Shown one piece after another: positions 10,677 to 24,582 of a stretch of 64,000 nt of DNA. Numbering within the stretch: the first letter of the stretch is position 1; every line of letters begins with the position of its first letter. The notes beneath the pieces are model-generated. The model was not told the DNA's origin. It saw nothing but the letters and a program-made list of their open reading frames with translations, and did no database searches. The position numbers and the translations under genes are program-made. Location: the NCBI RefSeq assembly GCF_055900595.2, contig NZ_CM148325.1; one strand, written 5' to 3'.

Positions 10677-13600
10677 ATGACTCCAGTAAAAGTGTGGCAA
10701 GAGCGCGTTGAGATCCCGACTTATGAAACAGGTCCGCAGGATATACACCCTATGTTCCTGGAAAATCGCGTTTATCAGGGATCGTCCGGTGCGGTTTATC
10801 CCTACGGCGTGACCGATACGCTGAGCGAGCAGAAAGTCCTGAAATCCTGGCAAGCGGTGTGGCTGGAAAACGACTATATCAAAGTGATGATCCTGCCGGA
10901 GTTGGGCGGTCGGGTGCATCGCGCTTGGGATAAAGTGAAACAGCGCGATTTTGTCTATCACAATGAAGTCATTAAACCGGCGCTGGTGGGGCTGCTGGGG
11001 CCGTGGATCTCTGGCGGGATTGAGTTTAACTGGCCACAACACCATCGCCCAACCACCTTTATGCCCGTCGATTTCACCATCGAAGCCCATGAAGACGGCG
11101 CACAAACTGTGTGGGTTGGCGAAACGGAGCCGATGCACGGTTTACAGGTGATGACCGGTTTCACACTACGCCCTGACAGGGCGGCGCTGGAGATTGCCAG
11201 CCGCGTCTATAACGGCAATGCCACGCCGCGTCATTTCTTGTGGTGGGCCAACCCGGCAGTGAAAGGTGGCGAAGGGCATCAGAGCGTTTTCCCGCCGGAT
11301 GTAACGGCGGTGTTTGATCACGGCAAACGGGCTGTTTCAGCTTTCCCTATCGCTACCGGCACTTACTACAAAGTGGACTACTCCGCCGGAGTGGATATTT
11401 CTCGCTATAAAAATGTGCCAGTGCCGACTTCGTATATGGCCGAAAAATCGCAGTACGATTTTGTTGGCGCATGGTGTCACGATGAAGATGGCGGTTTGCT
11501 ACACGTTGCCAACCACCACATCGCGCCAGGTAAAAAACAGTGGAGCTGGGGACACAGTGAATTCGGCCAGGCGTGGGATAAGAGCCTGACCGACAATAAC
11601 GGCCCGTATATCGAACTGATGACGGGTATTTTTGCCGATAACCAGCCCGATTTTACCTGGCTTGATGCTTACGAAGAGAAGCGTTTCGAGCAGTATTTCC
11701 TGCCTTATCATTCTCTGGGCATGGTGCAAAACGCCTCCCGCGATGCGGTGATTAAACTCCAGCGTAGCGAGCGGGGGATTGAGTGGGGGCTGTATGCCAT
11801 CTCCCCGTTGAAAGGATGCCGCCTGGCGATCCGCGAAATCGGCAAATGCAACGCGTTGCTCGACGATGCCGTGGCTCTGACGCCAGCGACCGCCATTCAG
11901 GGCGTGTTGCATGGTATCAATCCTGACAGACTAACCATTGAACTCTCCGATGCCGATGGCAATATCGTACTGAGTTATCAGGAACATCAGCCACAAGAGT
12001 TGCCGTTGCCGGACGTCGCCAAAGCGCCACTGGCAGCACAAGAGATTACCAGTACAGATGAAGCCTGGTTTATCGGTCAGCATCTGGAGCAATATCATCA
12101 TGCCAGCCGTTCCCCCTTCGATTACTACCTGCGCGGCGTGGCGCTGGACCCGCTGGATTATCGCTGTAACCTGGCGTTGGCGATGCTGGAATATAACCGC
12201 GCCGACTTCCCGCAAACGGTGGCGTATGCCACTCAGGCGCTAAAACGCGCACATGCGTTGAACAAAAACCCGCAGTGCGGACAGGCGAGTTTAATTCGCG
12301 CCAGTGCTTACGAACGTCAGGGGCAATATCAACAAGCCGAAGAGGATTTCTGGCGTGCGGTCTGGAGCGGAAACAGTAAAGCCGGTGGCTATTATGGTCT
12401 GGCACGGCTGGCGGCGCGTAATGGTCACTTCGACGCGGGTCTGGATTTTTGCCAACAAAGTCTTCGCGCCTGCCCAACCAATCAGGAAGTGCTTTGCCTG
12501 CATAACCTGCTGCTGGTGTTAAGTGGTCGTCAGGACAACGCGCGTTTGCAGCGAGAGAAGTTGCTGCGTGATTATCCGCTGAACGCCACTCTGTGGTGGC
12601 TGAACTGGTTCGATGGTTGTAGCGAATCTGCCCTCGTACAGTGGCGAGGTCTGTGTCAGGGACGCGACGTTAACGCTCTGATGACCGCCGGGCAACTGAT
12701 TAACTGGGGCATGCCCGCTCTGGCGGCAGAGATGCTGAACGCACTGGACTGTCAGCGCACGCTACCGCTTTACCTGCAAGCCAGTTTGCTGCCAAAAGCT
12801 GAACGCGGAGAACTGGTCGCAAAAGCTATTGATGTCTTCCCGCAGTTTGTCCGTTTCCCTAATACGCTGGAAGAAGTGGCGGCGCTGGAGAGTATCGAAG
12901 AGTGCTGGTTTGCCCGGCATTTACTGGCCTGTTTCTACTACAACAAACGCAGCTACGGCAAAGCAATTGCCTTATGGCAACGTTGCGTTGAGATGTCGCC
13001 GGAGTTTGCCGACGGATGGCGTGGGCTGGCAATCCATGCGTGGAATAAGCAGCATGATTATGAACTGGCTGCGCGTTATCTTGATAATGCTTATCAACTT
13101 GCGCCGCAGGATGCACGTTTGCTATTCGAACGGGATTTGCTGGATAAGTTAACCGGTGCTGCACCAGAAAAACGTCTGGCGCGTCTGGAAGCTAATCTGG
13201 AAATCGCCCTGAAGCGTGATGACATGACCGCAGAATTGCTCAATTTGTGGCATCTCACTGGTCAGGCCGACAAAGCGGCAGAGATTCTCGCCACGCGTAA
13301 ATTCCATCCGTGGGAAGGCGGAGAAGGGAAAGTCACCAGTCAGTTTATCCTCAACCAGTTGTTACGCGCCTGGCAATACCTTGATGCCAGACAACCGCAG
13401 CAGGCCAGCGAACTGCTTCATGCCGCGCTGCACTATCCGGAGAATTTAAGCGAAGGCCGTTTACCGGGGCAAACTGACAACGACATCTGGTTCTGGCAGG
13501 CGATATGTGCCAAAGCCCAGGGCGATGAAACTGCAGCGACGCGTTGTTTACGTCTGGCGGCGACGGGTGATCGCACCATTAACATCCACAGTTATTACAA

Positions 13601-13958
13601 CGATCAACCGGTTGATTATCTCTTCTGGCAAGGGATGGCGTTGCGATTACTGGGCGAACAACAAACCGCACAGCAACTGTTTAGTGAAATGAAACAGTGG
13701 GCGCAAGAGATGGCGAAAACCAGTATCGAAGCGGATTTCTTTGCCGTCTCGCAGCCTGACTTGTTGTCGCTGTATGGCGATTTACAACAGCAGCATAAAG
13801 AAAAATGCCTGATGGTGGCGATGCTGGCGGCCGCGGGATTAGGCGAGATTGCGCAATACGAATCTGCTCGCGCTGAATTGACGGCGATTAATCCGGCCTG
13901 GCCGAAAGCGGCATTACTCATCACCGTGATGCCTTTTATTTTTAGCTACGTTCACTAA
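10677..13958 (+). CDS. yphG: large cytoplasmic protein with TPR-like repeats (YphG family), function unknown
   Basis: 1093 aa from the ATG at 10677 with GAGGG ribosome-binding site; the ORF-track TTG at 10584 adds 31 residues with no support; no signal peptide; TPR-like helices in the C-terminal half. Confidence 0.85.
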   Translation: MTPVKVWQERVEIPTYETGPQDIHPMFLENRVYQGSSGAVYPYGVTDTLSEQKVLKSWQAVWLENDYIKVMILPELGGRVHRAWDKVKQRDFVYHNEVIKPALVGLLGPWISGGIEFNWPQHHRPTTFMPVDFTIEAHEDGAQTVWVGETEPMHGLQVMTGFTLRPDRAALEIASRVYNGNATPRHFLWWANPAVKGGEGHQSVFPPDVTAVFDHGKRAVSAFPIATGTYYKVDYSAGVDISRYKNVPVPTSYMAEKSQYDFVGAWCHDEDGGLLHVANHHIAPGKKQWSWGHSEFGQAWDKSLTDNNGPYIELMTGIFADNQPDFTWLDAYEEKRFEQYFLPYHSLGMVQNASRDAVIKLQRSERGIEWGLYAISPLKGCRLAIREIGKCNALLDDAVALTPATAIQGVLHGINPDRLTIELSDADGNIVLSYQEHQPQELPLPDVAKAPLAAQEITSTDEAWFIGQHLEQYHHASRSPFDYYLRGVALDPLDYRCNLALAMLEYNRADFPQTVAYATQALKRAHALNKNPQCGQASLIRASAYERQGQYQQAEEDFWRAVWSGNSKAGGYYGLARLAARNGHFDAGLDFCQQSLRACPTNQEVLCLHNLLLVLSGRQDNARLQREKLLRDYPLNATLWWLNWFDGCSESALVQWRGLCQGRDVNALMTAGQLINWGMPALAAEMLNALDCQRTLPLYLQASLLPKAERGELVAKAIDVFPQFVRFPNTLEEVAALESIEECWFARHLLACFYYNKRSYGKAIALWQRCVEMSPEFADGWRGLAIHAWNKQHDYELAARYLDNAYQLAPQDARLLFERDLLDKLTGAAPEKRLARLEANLEIALKRDDMTAELLNLWHLTGQADKAAEILATRKFHPWEGGEGKVTSQFILNQLLRAWQYLDARQPQQASELLHAALHYPENLSEGRLPGQTDNDIWFWQAICAKAQGDETAATRCLRLAATGDRTINIHSYYNDQPVDYLFWQGMALRLLGEQQTAQQLFSEMKQWAQEMAKTSIEADFFAVSQPDLLSLYGDLQQQHKEKCLMVAMLAAAGLGEIAQYESARAELTAINPAWPKAALLITVMPFIFSYVH

Positions 13959-14054
13959 ACACTATTAACTGTAATATTTGAGCGGCACGCGCTGCCGCTC
14001 ACGCTCAAATAATTAAAATAAGCCGTTGTAAATAAAAACCCTACAGGAGGCACT

Positions 14055-15038
14055 ATGCCTAAAAAAATGAGAACAACCCGTAATCTATTATTAATGGCTA
14101 CGCTATTAGGTAGCACACTATTTGCCAACGCTGCGGAAAAAGAAATGACCATTGGTGCAATATACCTTGATACCCAGGGATATTACGCTGGAGTGCGCCA
14201 GGGCGTTCAGGATGCGGCAAAAGATTCTTCAGTACAGGTACAGTTAATTGAAACTAACGCCCAGGGCGATATTTCGAAAGAAAGTACCTTTGTTGATACC
14301 CTCGTGGCGCGTAATGTCGATGCCATTATTTTGTCGGCAGTGTCTGAAAATGGCAGTAGCCGCACCGTTCGCCGCGCCAGTGAGGCGGGTATTCCGGTGA
14401 TTTGCTACAACACCTGTATTAATCAAAAGGGTGTCGATAAATATGTCTCGGCATATCTGGTTGGCGATCCGCTGGAATTTGGTAAAAAACTGGGTAACGC
14501 TGCCGCCGATTATTTTATTGCTAACAAAATTGACCAGCCGAAAATTGCTGTCATCAATTGCGAAGCCTTTGAAGTTTGTGTGCAACGACGTAAAGGGTTT
14601 GAAGAAGTATTAAAAGCCCGCGTTCCCGGCGCGAAAATTGTCGCTAATCAGGAAGGGACTGTTTTAGATAAAGCGATTTCTGTTGGTGAAAAACTGATTA
14701 TCTCCACGCCAGATCTCAATGCCATTATGGGGGAATCGGGTGGAGCGACACTCGGCGCGGTAAAAGCGGTACGTAATCAAAATCAGGCTGGAAAAATTGC
14801 CGTTTTCGGTTCGGATATGACCACTGAAATTGCACAGGAACTGGAAAATAACCAGGTGCTGAAAGCGGTAGTGGATATTTCCGGTAAGAAAATGGGCAAT
14901 GCTGTTTTCGCGCAAACATTGAAGGTTATCAATAAACAAGCCGACGGTGAAAAAGTGATTCAGGTGCCAATCGATCTCTATACCAAAACGGAAGACGGTA
15001 AACAGTGGCTGGCAACGCACGTTGATGGTCTGCCCTAA
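14055..15038 (+). CDS. yphF: ABC transporter periplasmic sugar-binding protein
   Basis: 327 aa; signal peptide; periplasmic-binding-protein type I fold; AGGAGG ribosome-binding site. Confidence 0.88.
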   Translation: MPKKMRTTRNLLLMATLLGSTLFANAAEKEMTIGAIYLDTQGYYAGVRQGVQDAAKDSSVQVQLIETNAQGDISKESTFVDTLVARNVDAIILSAVSENGSSRTVRRASEAGIPVICYNTCINQKGVDKYVSAYLVGDPLEFGKKLGNAAADYFIANKIDQPKIAVINCEAFEVCVQRRKGFEEVLKARVPGAKIVANQEGTVLDKAISVGEKLIISTPDLNAIMGESGGATLGAVKAVRNQNQAGKIAVFGSDMTTEIAQELENNQVLKAVVDISGKKMGNAVFAQTLKVINKQADGEKVIQVPIDLYTKTEDGKQWLATHVDGLP

Positions 15039-15060
15039 TCGCTGATTCGCAGAGGTCCCT

Positions 15061-16572
15061 ATGTTCACGGCAACAGAGGCAGTTCCGGTAGCAAAAGTGG
15101 TGGCAGGAAATAAGCGTTACCCCGGTGTCGTTGCGCTGGATAACGTTAACTTCACGCTCAATAAAGGCGAAGTTCGCGCGCTGTTAGGTAAAAACGGTGC
15201 GGGAAAATCGACCCTCATTCGAATGCTTACCGGTAGCGAACGTCCGGATAGCGGTGATATCTGGATTGGCGAGACGCGACTGGAAGGCGACGAAGCTACG
15301 CTGACTCGCCGTGCCGCTGAACTGGGGGTACGCGCGGTTTATCAGGAATTAAGTCTGGTGGAGGGGCTGACGGTGGCGGAAAACCTCTGCCTCGGTCAGT
15401 GGCCCCGCCGCAACGGCATGATTGATTACCTGCAAATGGCGCAGGATGCCCAACGTTGCTTACAGGCGCTGGGCGTTGACGTTAGTCCTGAACAACTTGT
15501 TTCGACACTAAGCCCGGCGCAAAAGCAACTGGTGGAAATTGCGCGGGTGATGAAAGGCGAGCCGCGCGTGGTCATTCTTGATGAACCTACCAGTTCGCTT
15601 GCCAGTGCGGAAGTTGAACTGGTGATCAGCGCTGTGAAAAAGATGTCGGCACTGGGCGTGGCGGTGATTTATGTCAGCCACCGGATGGAAGAAATTCGCC
15701 GCATTGCCTCCTGTGCCACCGTTATGCGCGATGGTCAGGTGGCGGGCGATGTGATGCTCGAAAACACCTCTACGCATCATATTGTGTCGCTAATGCTCGG
15801 GCGCGATCACGTTGATATTGCGCCGGTTGCCCCTCAGGAAATTATGGATCAAGCCGTGCTGGAAGTCCGTGCGTTACGCCATAAGCCCAAGCTGGAGGAT
15901 ATCAGCTTTACGCTACGTCGCGGCGAAGTGCTCGGCATTGCTGGCCTGCTGGGGGCAGGGCGCAGTGAATTGCTGAAGGCGATTGTTGGGCTGGAGACGT
16001 ATGAACAGGGCGAAATTGTTATCAACGGCGAGAAAATCACGCGCCCCGATTACGGCGAGATGCTGAAACGCGGCATTGGCTATACGCCAGAAAACCGCAA
16101 AGAAGCGGGGATCATTCCCTGGCTGGGCGTTGACGAAAATACGGTACTGACCAATCGGCAAAAAATCAGCGCCAACGGTGTGCTGCAATGGTCCACCATC
16201 CGCCGCCTGACCGAAGAGGTGATGCAGCGGATGACGGTCAAGGCAGCCAGTAGCGAAACGCCTATTGGCACGCTTTCTGGCGGCAATCAGCAAAAAGTGG
16301 TGATCGGTCGTTGGGTCTATGCCGCCAGCCAGATTTTATTGCTCGACGAGCCAACGCGCGGCGTCGATATCGAAGCCAAACAGCAGATTTACCGTATTGT
16401 CCGCGAGCTGGCTGCCGAAGGGAAAAGCGTGGTGTTTATCTCCAGTGAAGTGGAGGAGTTGCCGCTGGTGTGCGACCGCATCCTGTTATTACAGCACGGT
16501 ACGTTCTCGCAGGAGTTTCACTCGCCGGTCAATGTGGATGAGCTGATGTCCGCCATTCTGTCTGTGCACTGA
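15061..16572 (+). CDS. yphE: ABC transporter ATP-binding protein with two fused nucleotide-binding domains
   Basis: 503 aa; Walker A GKNGAGKST and signature LSGGNQQK. Confidence 0.9.
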   Translation: MFTATEAVPVAKVVAGNKRYPGVVALDNVNFTLNKGEVRALLGKNGAGKSTLIRMLTGSERPDSGDIWIGETRLEGDEATLTRRAAELGVRAVYQELSLVEGLTVAENLCLGQWPRRNGMIDYLQMAQDAQRCLQALGVDVSPEQLVSTLSPAQKQLVEIARVMKGEPRVVILDEPTSSLASAEVELVISAVKKMSALGVAVIYVSHRMEEIRRIASCATVMRDGQVAGDVMLENTSTHHIVSLMLGRDHVDIAPVAPQEIMDQAVLEVRALRHKPKLEDISFTLRRGEVLGIAGLLGAGRSELLKAIVGLETYEQGEIVINGEKITRPDYGEMLKRGIGYTPENRKEAGIIPWLGVDENTVLTNRQKISANGVLQWSTIRRLTEEVMQRMTVKAASSETPIGTLSGGNQQKVVIGRWVYAASQILLLDEPTRGVDIEAKQQIYRIVRELAAEGKSVVFISSEVEELPLVCDRILLLQHGTFSQEFHSPVNVDELMSAILSVH

Positions 16573-16596
16573 TGAATTTTACCGAGGAACCTGAAG

Positions 16597-17595
16597 ATGT
16601 CTGCTTCGTCATTACCATTGCCGCAGGGCAAGAGCGTCTCGCTCAAACAATTTGTCAGTCGCCATATTAATGAGATCGGTTTGCTGGTGGTAATCGCCAT
16701 TCTTTATCTGGTCTTCTCCCTGAATGCGCCTGGCTTTATCTCATTGAATAACCAAATGAACGTGCTGCGCGATGCTGCCACCATCGGGATCGCCGCCTGG
16801 GCGATGACGCTGATTATTATCTCCGGTGAAATTGATGTCAGCGTTGGACCGATGGTGGCTTTTGTCTCGGTGTGCCTGGCATTTTTGCTGCAATTTAACG
16901 TTCCGCTGGCGATTGCTTGTCTGCTGGTGTTGCTGTTAGGCGCGCTGATGGGGACGCTGGCCGGCGTGCTGCGCGGCGTGTTTAACGTGCCCAGTTTCGT
17001 TGCCACGCTGGGGCTGTGGAGCGCCCTGCGCGGAATGGGGCTGTTTATGACTAACGCCCTGCCAGTGCCGATTGACGAAAACGAGGTACTGGACTGGCTG
17101 GGGGGACAATTTCTCGGTGTGCCAGTATCCGCGCTGATCATGATGGTGTTGTTTGCGCTGTTTGTGTTCATCAGCCGCAAAACCGCCTTCGGGCGCTCGG
17201 TTTTTGCTGTTGGCGGTAATGCGACGGCAGCGCAGTTGTGCGGTATCAACGTTCGTCGGGTGCGCATTCTTATTTTTACCCTTTCGGGATTATTAGCGGC
17301 GGTGACCGGCATTTTGCTGGCAGCTCGCCTCGGTTCTGGTAACGCAGGTGCGGCAAACGGTCTGGAGTTTGACGTCATCGCTGCGGTCGTGGTCGGCGGT
17401 ACGGCACTTTCCGGCGGTCGCGGTTCCTTGTTCGGTACGTTGCTTGGTGTGCTGGTGATTACGCTAATCGGTAACGGTCTGGTGTTGCTCGGGATTAACT
17501 CTTTTTTCCAGCAGGTGGTGCGCGGCGTCATCATCGTGGTGGCGGTTCTGGCGAATATCTTGCTGACCCAGCGAAGCAGTAAAGCGAAACGCTAA
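16597..17595 (+). CDS. yphD: ABC transporter permease (sugar/ribose-type)
   Basis: 332 aa, hydrophobic multi-span protein. Confidence 0.88.
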   Translation: MSASSLPLPQGKSVSLKQFVSRHINEIGLLVVIAILYLVFSLNAPGFISLNNQMNVLRDAATIGIAAWAMTLIIISGEIDVSVGPMVAFVSVCLAFLLQFNVPLAIACLLVLLLGALMGTLAGVLRGVFNVPSFVATLGLWSALRGMGLFMTNALPVPIDENEVLDWLGGQFLGVPVSALIMMVLFALFVFISRKTAFGRSVFAVGGNATAAQLCGINVRRVRILIFTLSGLLAAVTGILLAARLGSGNAGAANGLEFDVIAAVVVGGTALSGGRGSLFGTLLGVLVITLIGNGLVLLGINSFFQQVVRGVIIVVAVLANILLTQRSSKAKR

Positions 17596-17660
17596 ACCTT
17601 AACGCCCCTGGCGCGGGTGCGGCAGGGATGAAAATTAATCGTATTGTTAATGAGGGAATT

Positions 17661-18722
17661 ATGAAAACGATGCTGGCAGCTTATTTACCAGGAAATTCGA
17701 CCGTCGATCTGCGGGAAGTTGCGGTGCCGACACCGGGGATTAACCAGGTACTGATTAAAATGAAATCCTCCGGGATTTGCGGAAGCGATGTCCACTATAT
17801 CTATCATCAACACCGCGCCACAGCGGCGGCTCCCGATAAACCGTTATACCAGGGATTTATCAACGGTCATGAACCGTGCGGGCAAATTGTGGCGATGGGG
17901 CAAGGTTGTCGCCATTTTAAAGAGGGCGACCGCGTGCTGGTGTATCACATTTCTGGCTGTGGTTTTTGCCCGAACTGCCGTCGCGGTTTTCCTATCTCTT
18001 GTACTGGCGAAGGAAAAGCCGCTTACGGCTGGCAGCGTGACGGCGGTCATGCCGAATACCTGCTGGCGGAAGAAAAAGATCTGATCCTCCTGCCGGACGC
18101 GCTGAGCTATGAAGATGGTGCGTTTATCAGTTGCGGCGTTGGTACAGCGTATGAAGGGATTTTGCGCGGCGAAGTTTCCGGCAGTGATAACGTGCTGGTG
18201 GTCGGTCTGGGGCCGGTCGGGATGATGGCGATGATGCTGGCGAAAGGTCGCGGTGCAAAAAGGATCATCGGCGTTGATATGCTGCCGGAACGTCTGGCGA
18301 TGGCGAAACAGTTAGGGGTGATGGATCACGGCTATTTAGCAACGACCGAAGGTCTGCCGCAGATTATCGCCGAACTCACCCACGGTGGCGCGGATGTTGC
18401 GCTCGATTGTTCCGGTAATGCCGCAGGTCGCTTACTGGCGTTGCAATCCACTGCTGACTGGGGACGGGTGGTTTACATCGGGGAAACCGGAAAAGTGGAG
18501 TTCGAGGTTAGCGCTGATCTGATGCATCATCAACGGCGGATTATTGGCTCCTGGGTGACCAGTCTGTTCCATATGGAAAAATGCGCCCACGATTTAACGG
18601 ACTGGAAACTGTGGCCGCGTAATGCCATTACCCATCGCTTCTCACTGGAACAGGCAGGAGATGCCTATGCGCTGATGGCGAGCGGTAAATGCGGGAAAGT
18701 TGTGATTAACTTCCCGGATTAA
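17661..18722 (+). CDS. yphC: zinc-dependent alcohol/polyol dehydrogenase (MDR family)
   Basis: 353 aa from the ATG at 17661 with GAGGGAA ribosome-binding site; zinc ligands GICGSD...GHE; Rossmann GLGPVG. Confidence 0.88.
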   Translation: MKTMLAAYLPGNSTVDLREVAVPTPGINQVLIKMKSSGICGSDVHYIYHQHRATAAAPDKPLYQGFINGHEPCGQIVAMGQGCRHFKEGDRVLVYHISGCGFCPNCRRGFPISCTGEGKAAYGWQRDGGHAEYLLAEEKDLILLPDALSYEDGAFISCGVGTAYEGILRGEVSGSDNVLVVGLGPVGMMAMMLAKGRGAKRIIGVDMLPERLAMAKQLGVMDHGYLATTEGLPQIIAELTHGGADVALDCSGNAAGRLLALQSTADWGRVVYIGETGKVEFEVSADLMHHQRRIIGSWVTSLFHMEKCAHDLTDWKLWPRNAITHRFSLEQAGDAYALMASGKCGKVVINFPD

Positions 18723-18733
18723 GGAGTCAGCGG

Positions 18734-19606
18734 ATGACCATCTATACCTTATCTCACGGGCCGCTAAAGCTGGACGTTTCTGACCGGGGCGGCGTCATCG
18801 AAGGCTTCTGGCGTGACGCGACGCCGCTCTTACGTCCCGGTAAAAAAAGCGGTGTGGCAACCGATGCCTCTTGTTTTCCGCTGGTGCCGTTTGCAAACCG
18901 GGTGAGCGGCAACCATTTTGTCTGGCAGGGGCGTGAGTATCAACTGCAACCGAATATTGAATGGGATGCGCACTATCTGCACGGCGACGGCTGGCTGGGC
19001 GAGTGGCAATGTGTCTCGCGCAGCGATGAAAGCTTGTGTCTGGTATATGAACATCGCACAGGTATTTATCAGTATCGGGTAAGTCAGGCGTTTCATTTAA
19101 CGGCAGATACGCTGACGGTGACGCTCTCTGTCACCAACCAAGGGACAGAGACGCTGCCATTTGGTACCGGCTGGCATCCTTATTTTCCGTTGTCACCACA
19201 AACGCGGATTCAGGCGCAGGCGAGCGGTTACTGGCTGGAGCGGGAGCAGTGGCTGGCGGGTGAGTTTTGCGAGCAGCTACCGCAGGCGCTGGATTTCAAC
19301 CAGTTCGCGCCGTTGCCGCACCAGTGGGTGAACAATGGCTTTGCCGGATGGAATGGTCAGGCCCGCATCGAGCAGCCGCAGGAGGGTTACGCTATCACTA
19401 TGGAAACGATGCCGCCCGCGCCGTGCTATTTCATCTTTGTCTCCGACCCCGCGTTTGATAAAGGGTACGCGTTTGATTTCTTCTGTCTGGAGCCGATGAG
19501 TCATGCGCCGGATGACCATCATCGCCCGGAAGGGGGTGATCTCATTGCGCTTGCGCCGGGGGAATCAACAACCTCAGAGATGTCGTTGCGGGTGGAGTTG
19601 CTGTAA
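18734..19606 (+). CDS. yphB: aldose 1-epimerase (mutarotase) family protein
   Basis: 290 aa; sits at the end of the sugar-uptake operon. Confidence 0.85.
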   Translation: MTIYTLSHGPLKLDVSDRGGVIEGFWRDATPLLRPGKKSGVATDASCFPLVPFANRVSGNHFVWQGREYQLQPNIEWDAHYLHGDGWLGEWQCVSRSDESLCLVYEHRTGIYQYRVSQAFHLTADTLTVTLSVTNQGTETLPFGTGWHPYFPLSPQTRIQAQASGYWLEREQWLAGEFCEQLPQALDFNQFAPLPHQWVNNGFAGWNGQARIEQPQEGYAITMETMPPAPCYFIFVSDPAFDKGYAFDFFCLEPMSHAPDDHHRPEGGDLIALAPGESTTSEMSLRVELL

Positions 19607-19613
19607 TTTATAA

Positions 19614-19706
19614 AATGCCTGATGCGACGCTTGCCGCGTCTTATCAGGCCTACAATCGGTGTTGGAACGGTAGGCCGGATCTGGCGTTCACGCCGCATCC
19701 GGCATC
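19614..19706. repeat. REP cluster between yphB and yphA
   Basis: tgcctgatgcgacgcttgccgcgtcttatcaggcctaca and gtaggccggatctggcgttcacgccgcatccggca. Confidence 0.8.
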
Positions 19707-19710
19707 TTTC

Positions 19711-20133
19711 CTAACGTCGATCGAGAGAAATCGCTCCAGGCCCGGTAATTGCCAACAGCAGGAATGCGCCAGCGATACTGACATTCTTCCAGAAATTAAT
19801 CATATTTGGCCCAACCGCATCGCCGGTCATATCCCAGTAATGGTGACCAATCACCGCCGTACCCAGCGTGTAGAAAATAAACAGCACCGCCAGCGGACGG
19901 GTGAAAAAGCCAAGCACGATTAAAATCGCGGCGGGCACTTCCATAACTACCGCAATAATCGCTGCCAGCATCGGCATTGGCGCGCCCAGCGAGGCCATAT
20001 ATTGGACCGTACCGTCAAAGCCCATCATTTTGGGAAAACCAAAAATAATGAAAATTAAGACCACGGCGATACGGGCAATTAATAACAAAACGGGGCGGGC
20101 AGCACCAAAATCAAAATAACGTAGTGTGTTCAT
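19711..20133 (-). CDS. yphA: DoxX-family inner-membrane protein
   Basis: 140 aa from the internal ATG (MNTLRYFDF); four hydrophobic segments. Confidence 0.8.
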
Positions 20134-20229
20134 AACCAATCCCTTTGCAAGATAATGTGATTTAAACGTAATACACACTCTGGTACCTCGCCACGCCCCA
20201 GGCGTTGAGATATTCGCTAATTATCCTGG

Positions 20230-21441
<1,212 letters not shown>

Positions 21442-22254
21442 TTAAAGATCCAGCCCAGCCGCTACGTGGCGAATGCCGCGAATCGCTAAACCCGCATCAG
21501 CGTTGATCATCACACCGCTTAATGCGCGATTATTGCGCCGCGATGCCAACATCACATACGGACCCGTAAAATCCGCCGGTTGCGGGAAAAATTGCAGCGG
21601 TAATATGGCGGCAATTTTCTCCGGCGTCAGAGACTGCATTATCGAGGTTTCACTTTGCCCGAGCGCCTGTGGGCCGCGTAGATCGCTGGCCATACCGCAT
21701 GGCCCAACGCCATTCACCCGTACTTTAGGTGCCAGTTCATAGGCCAGTTGGCGAATAAGTCCGGTTGCGGCATGTTTACTGGCGGTGTACAGCGGGCCAC
21801 CGCCGCCGGGATACCAGGCAGCATTGGACAGGGTGAAAATCATGCTGCCTTCACTGGCGATTAACGCCGGAGCGCAGGCTTTTGCGCCCAGCAGGTAACC
21901 GAGTACGTTGACGTTAAACAGCTCGTGGAAGCCGGTTTCGAGCGTCTCTGCGGGAGTATTAACCAGTGAGGCATTGTGATCCCAGATGCCCGCATTGCCG
22001 ATAAAACAATCCAGCTTGCCAGAACGAGTCAGGATCTGATCGACCGCGCGTTGATAATCGGCATAGCAGGTCACGTTACCTTCCACCGCCAGAATATGTT
22101 CGCCAAATCGCTGACGCAGACTGGCGACTTTTGCCGCCGACAGTTCCAGCGTGGCAACCTGCGCACCTTCTTCGATAAATCGCTCGACCAGTGCCAGTCC
22201 TAATCCCGATCCGCCACCAGTAATAAAGATGGACTCGTTATGCAGATCGCTCAT
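21442..22254 (-). CDS. hcaB: 2,3-dihydroxy-2,3-dihydrophenylpropionate dehydrogenase (short-chain dehydrogenase)
   Basis: 270 aa; ITGGGSGLG Rossmann motif. Confidence 0.92.
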
Positions 22255-22570
22255 GGCTGCGCCTCCGGTAAGTCGATGAAGATATCACCACCTTCAACGT
22301 GTACTGGATAAGTGGTTAGCGGATCGGTGGCGGGCAGGCATAACGCTTTCCCCGTTTTCAGGCAAAAACTGGCGGCGTGCAGTGGGCACTCTACCGTAGC
22401 ATCATCTTCCAGATACCCTTCTGACATCGACGCATTACCATGACTGCAACGATCGTTAATGGCATAAAACTCGCCGCCAACGTTGAACAGGGCGATGACG
22501 GGCGAGGTATCGATCCGGAGAGCCTCACCCTCCGGCACATCCGCAACGGGACACGCATAAATTCGATTCA

Positions 22571-22571
<1 letters not shown>
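22251..22571 (-). CDS. hcaC: Rieske ferredoxin of the dioxygenase
   Basis: 106 aa; CSHGN...CPLH Rieske motif; 4-nt overlap with hcaB. Confidence 0.92.
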
Positions 22572-24483
<1,912 letters not shown>

Positions 24484-24582
24484 CTATTTTTGTGCCATAA
24501 GGATGTTGCTGGTTGGTTGCTGATATGTGAAATAGTTAATTTCTACCAACTGAGACGTTTTTTCGATAACAGGGGGAAGGTG

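Noticed and set aside
16704-17534. 276-aa minus-strand ORF inside yphD
   Set aside because: Pro/Thr/Ala-rich translation typical of the antisense of a hydrophobic permease gene; not a real gene.
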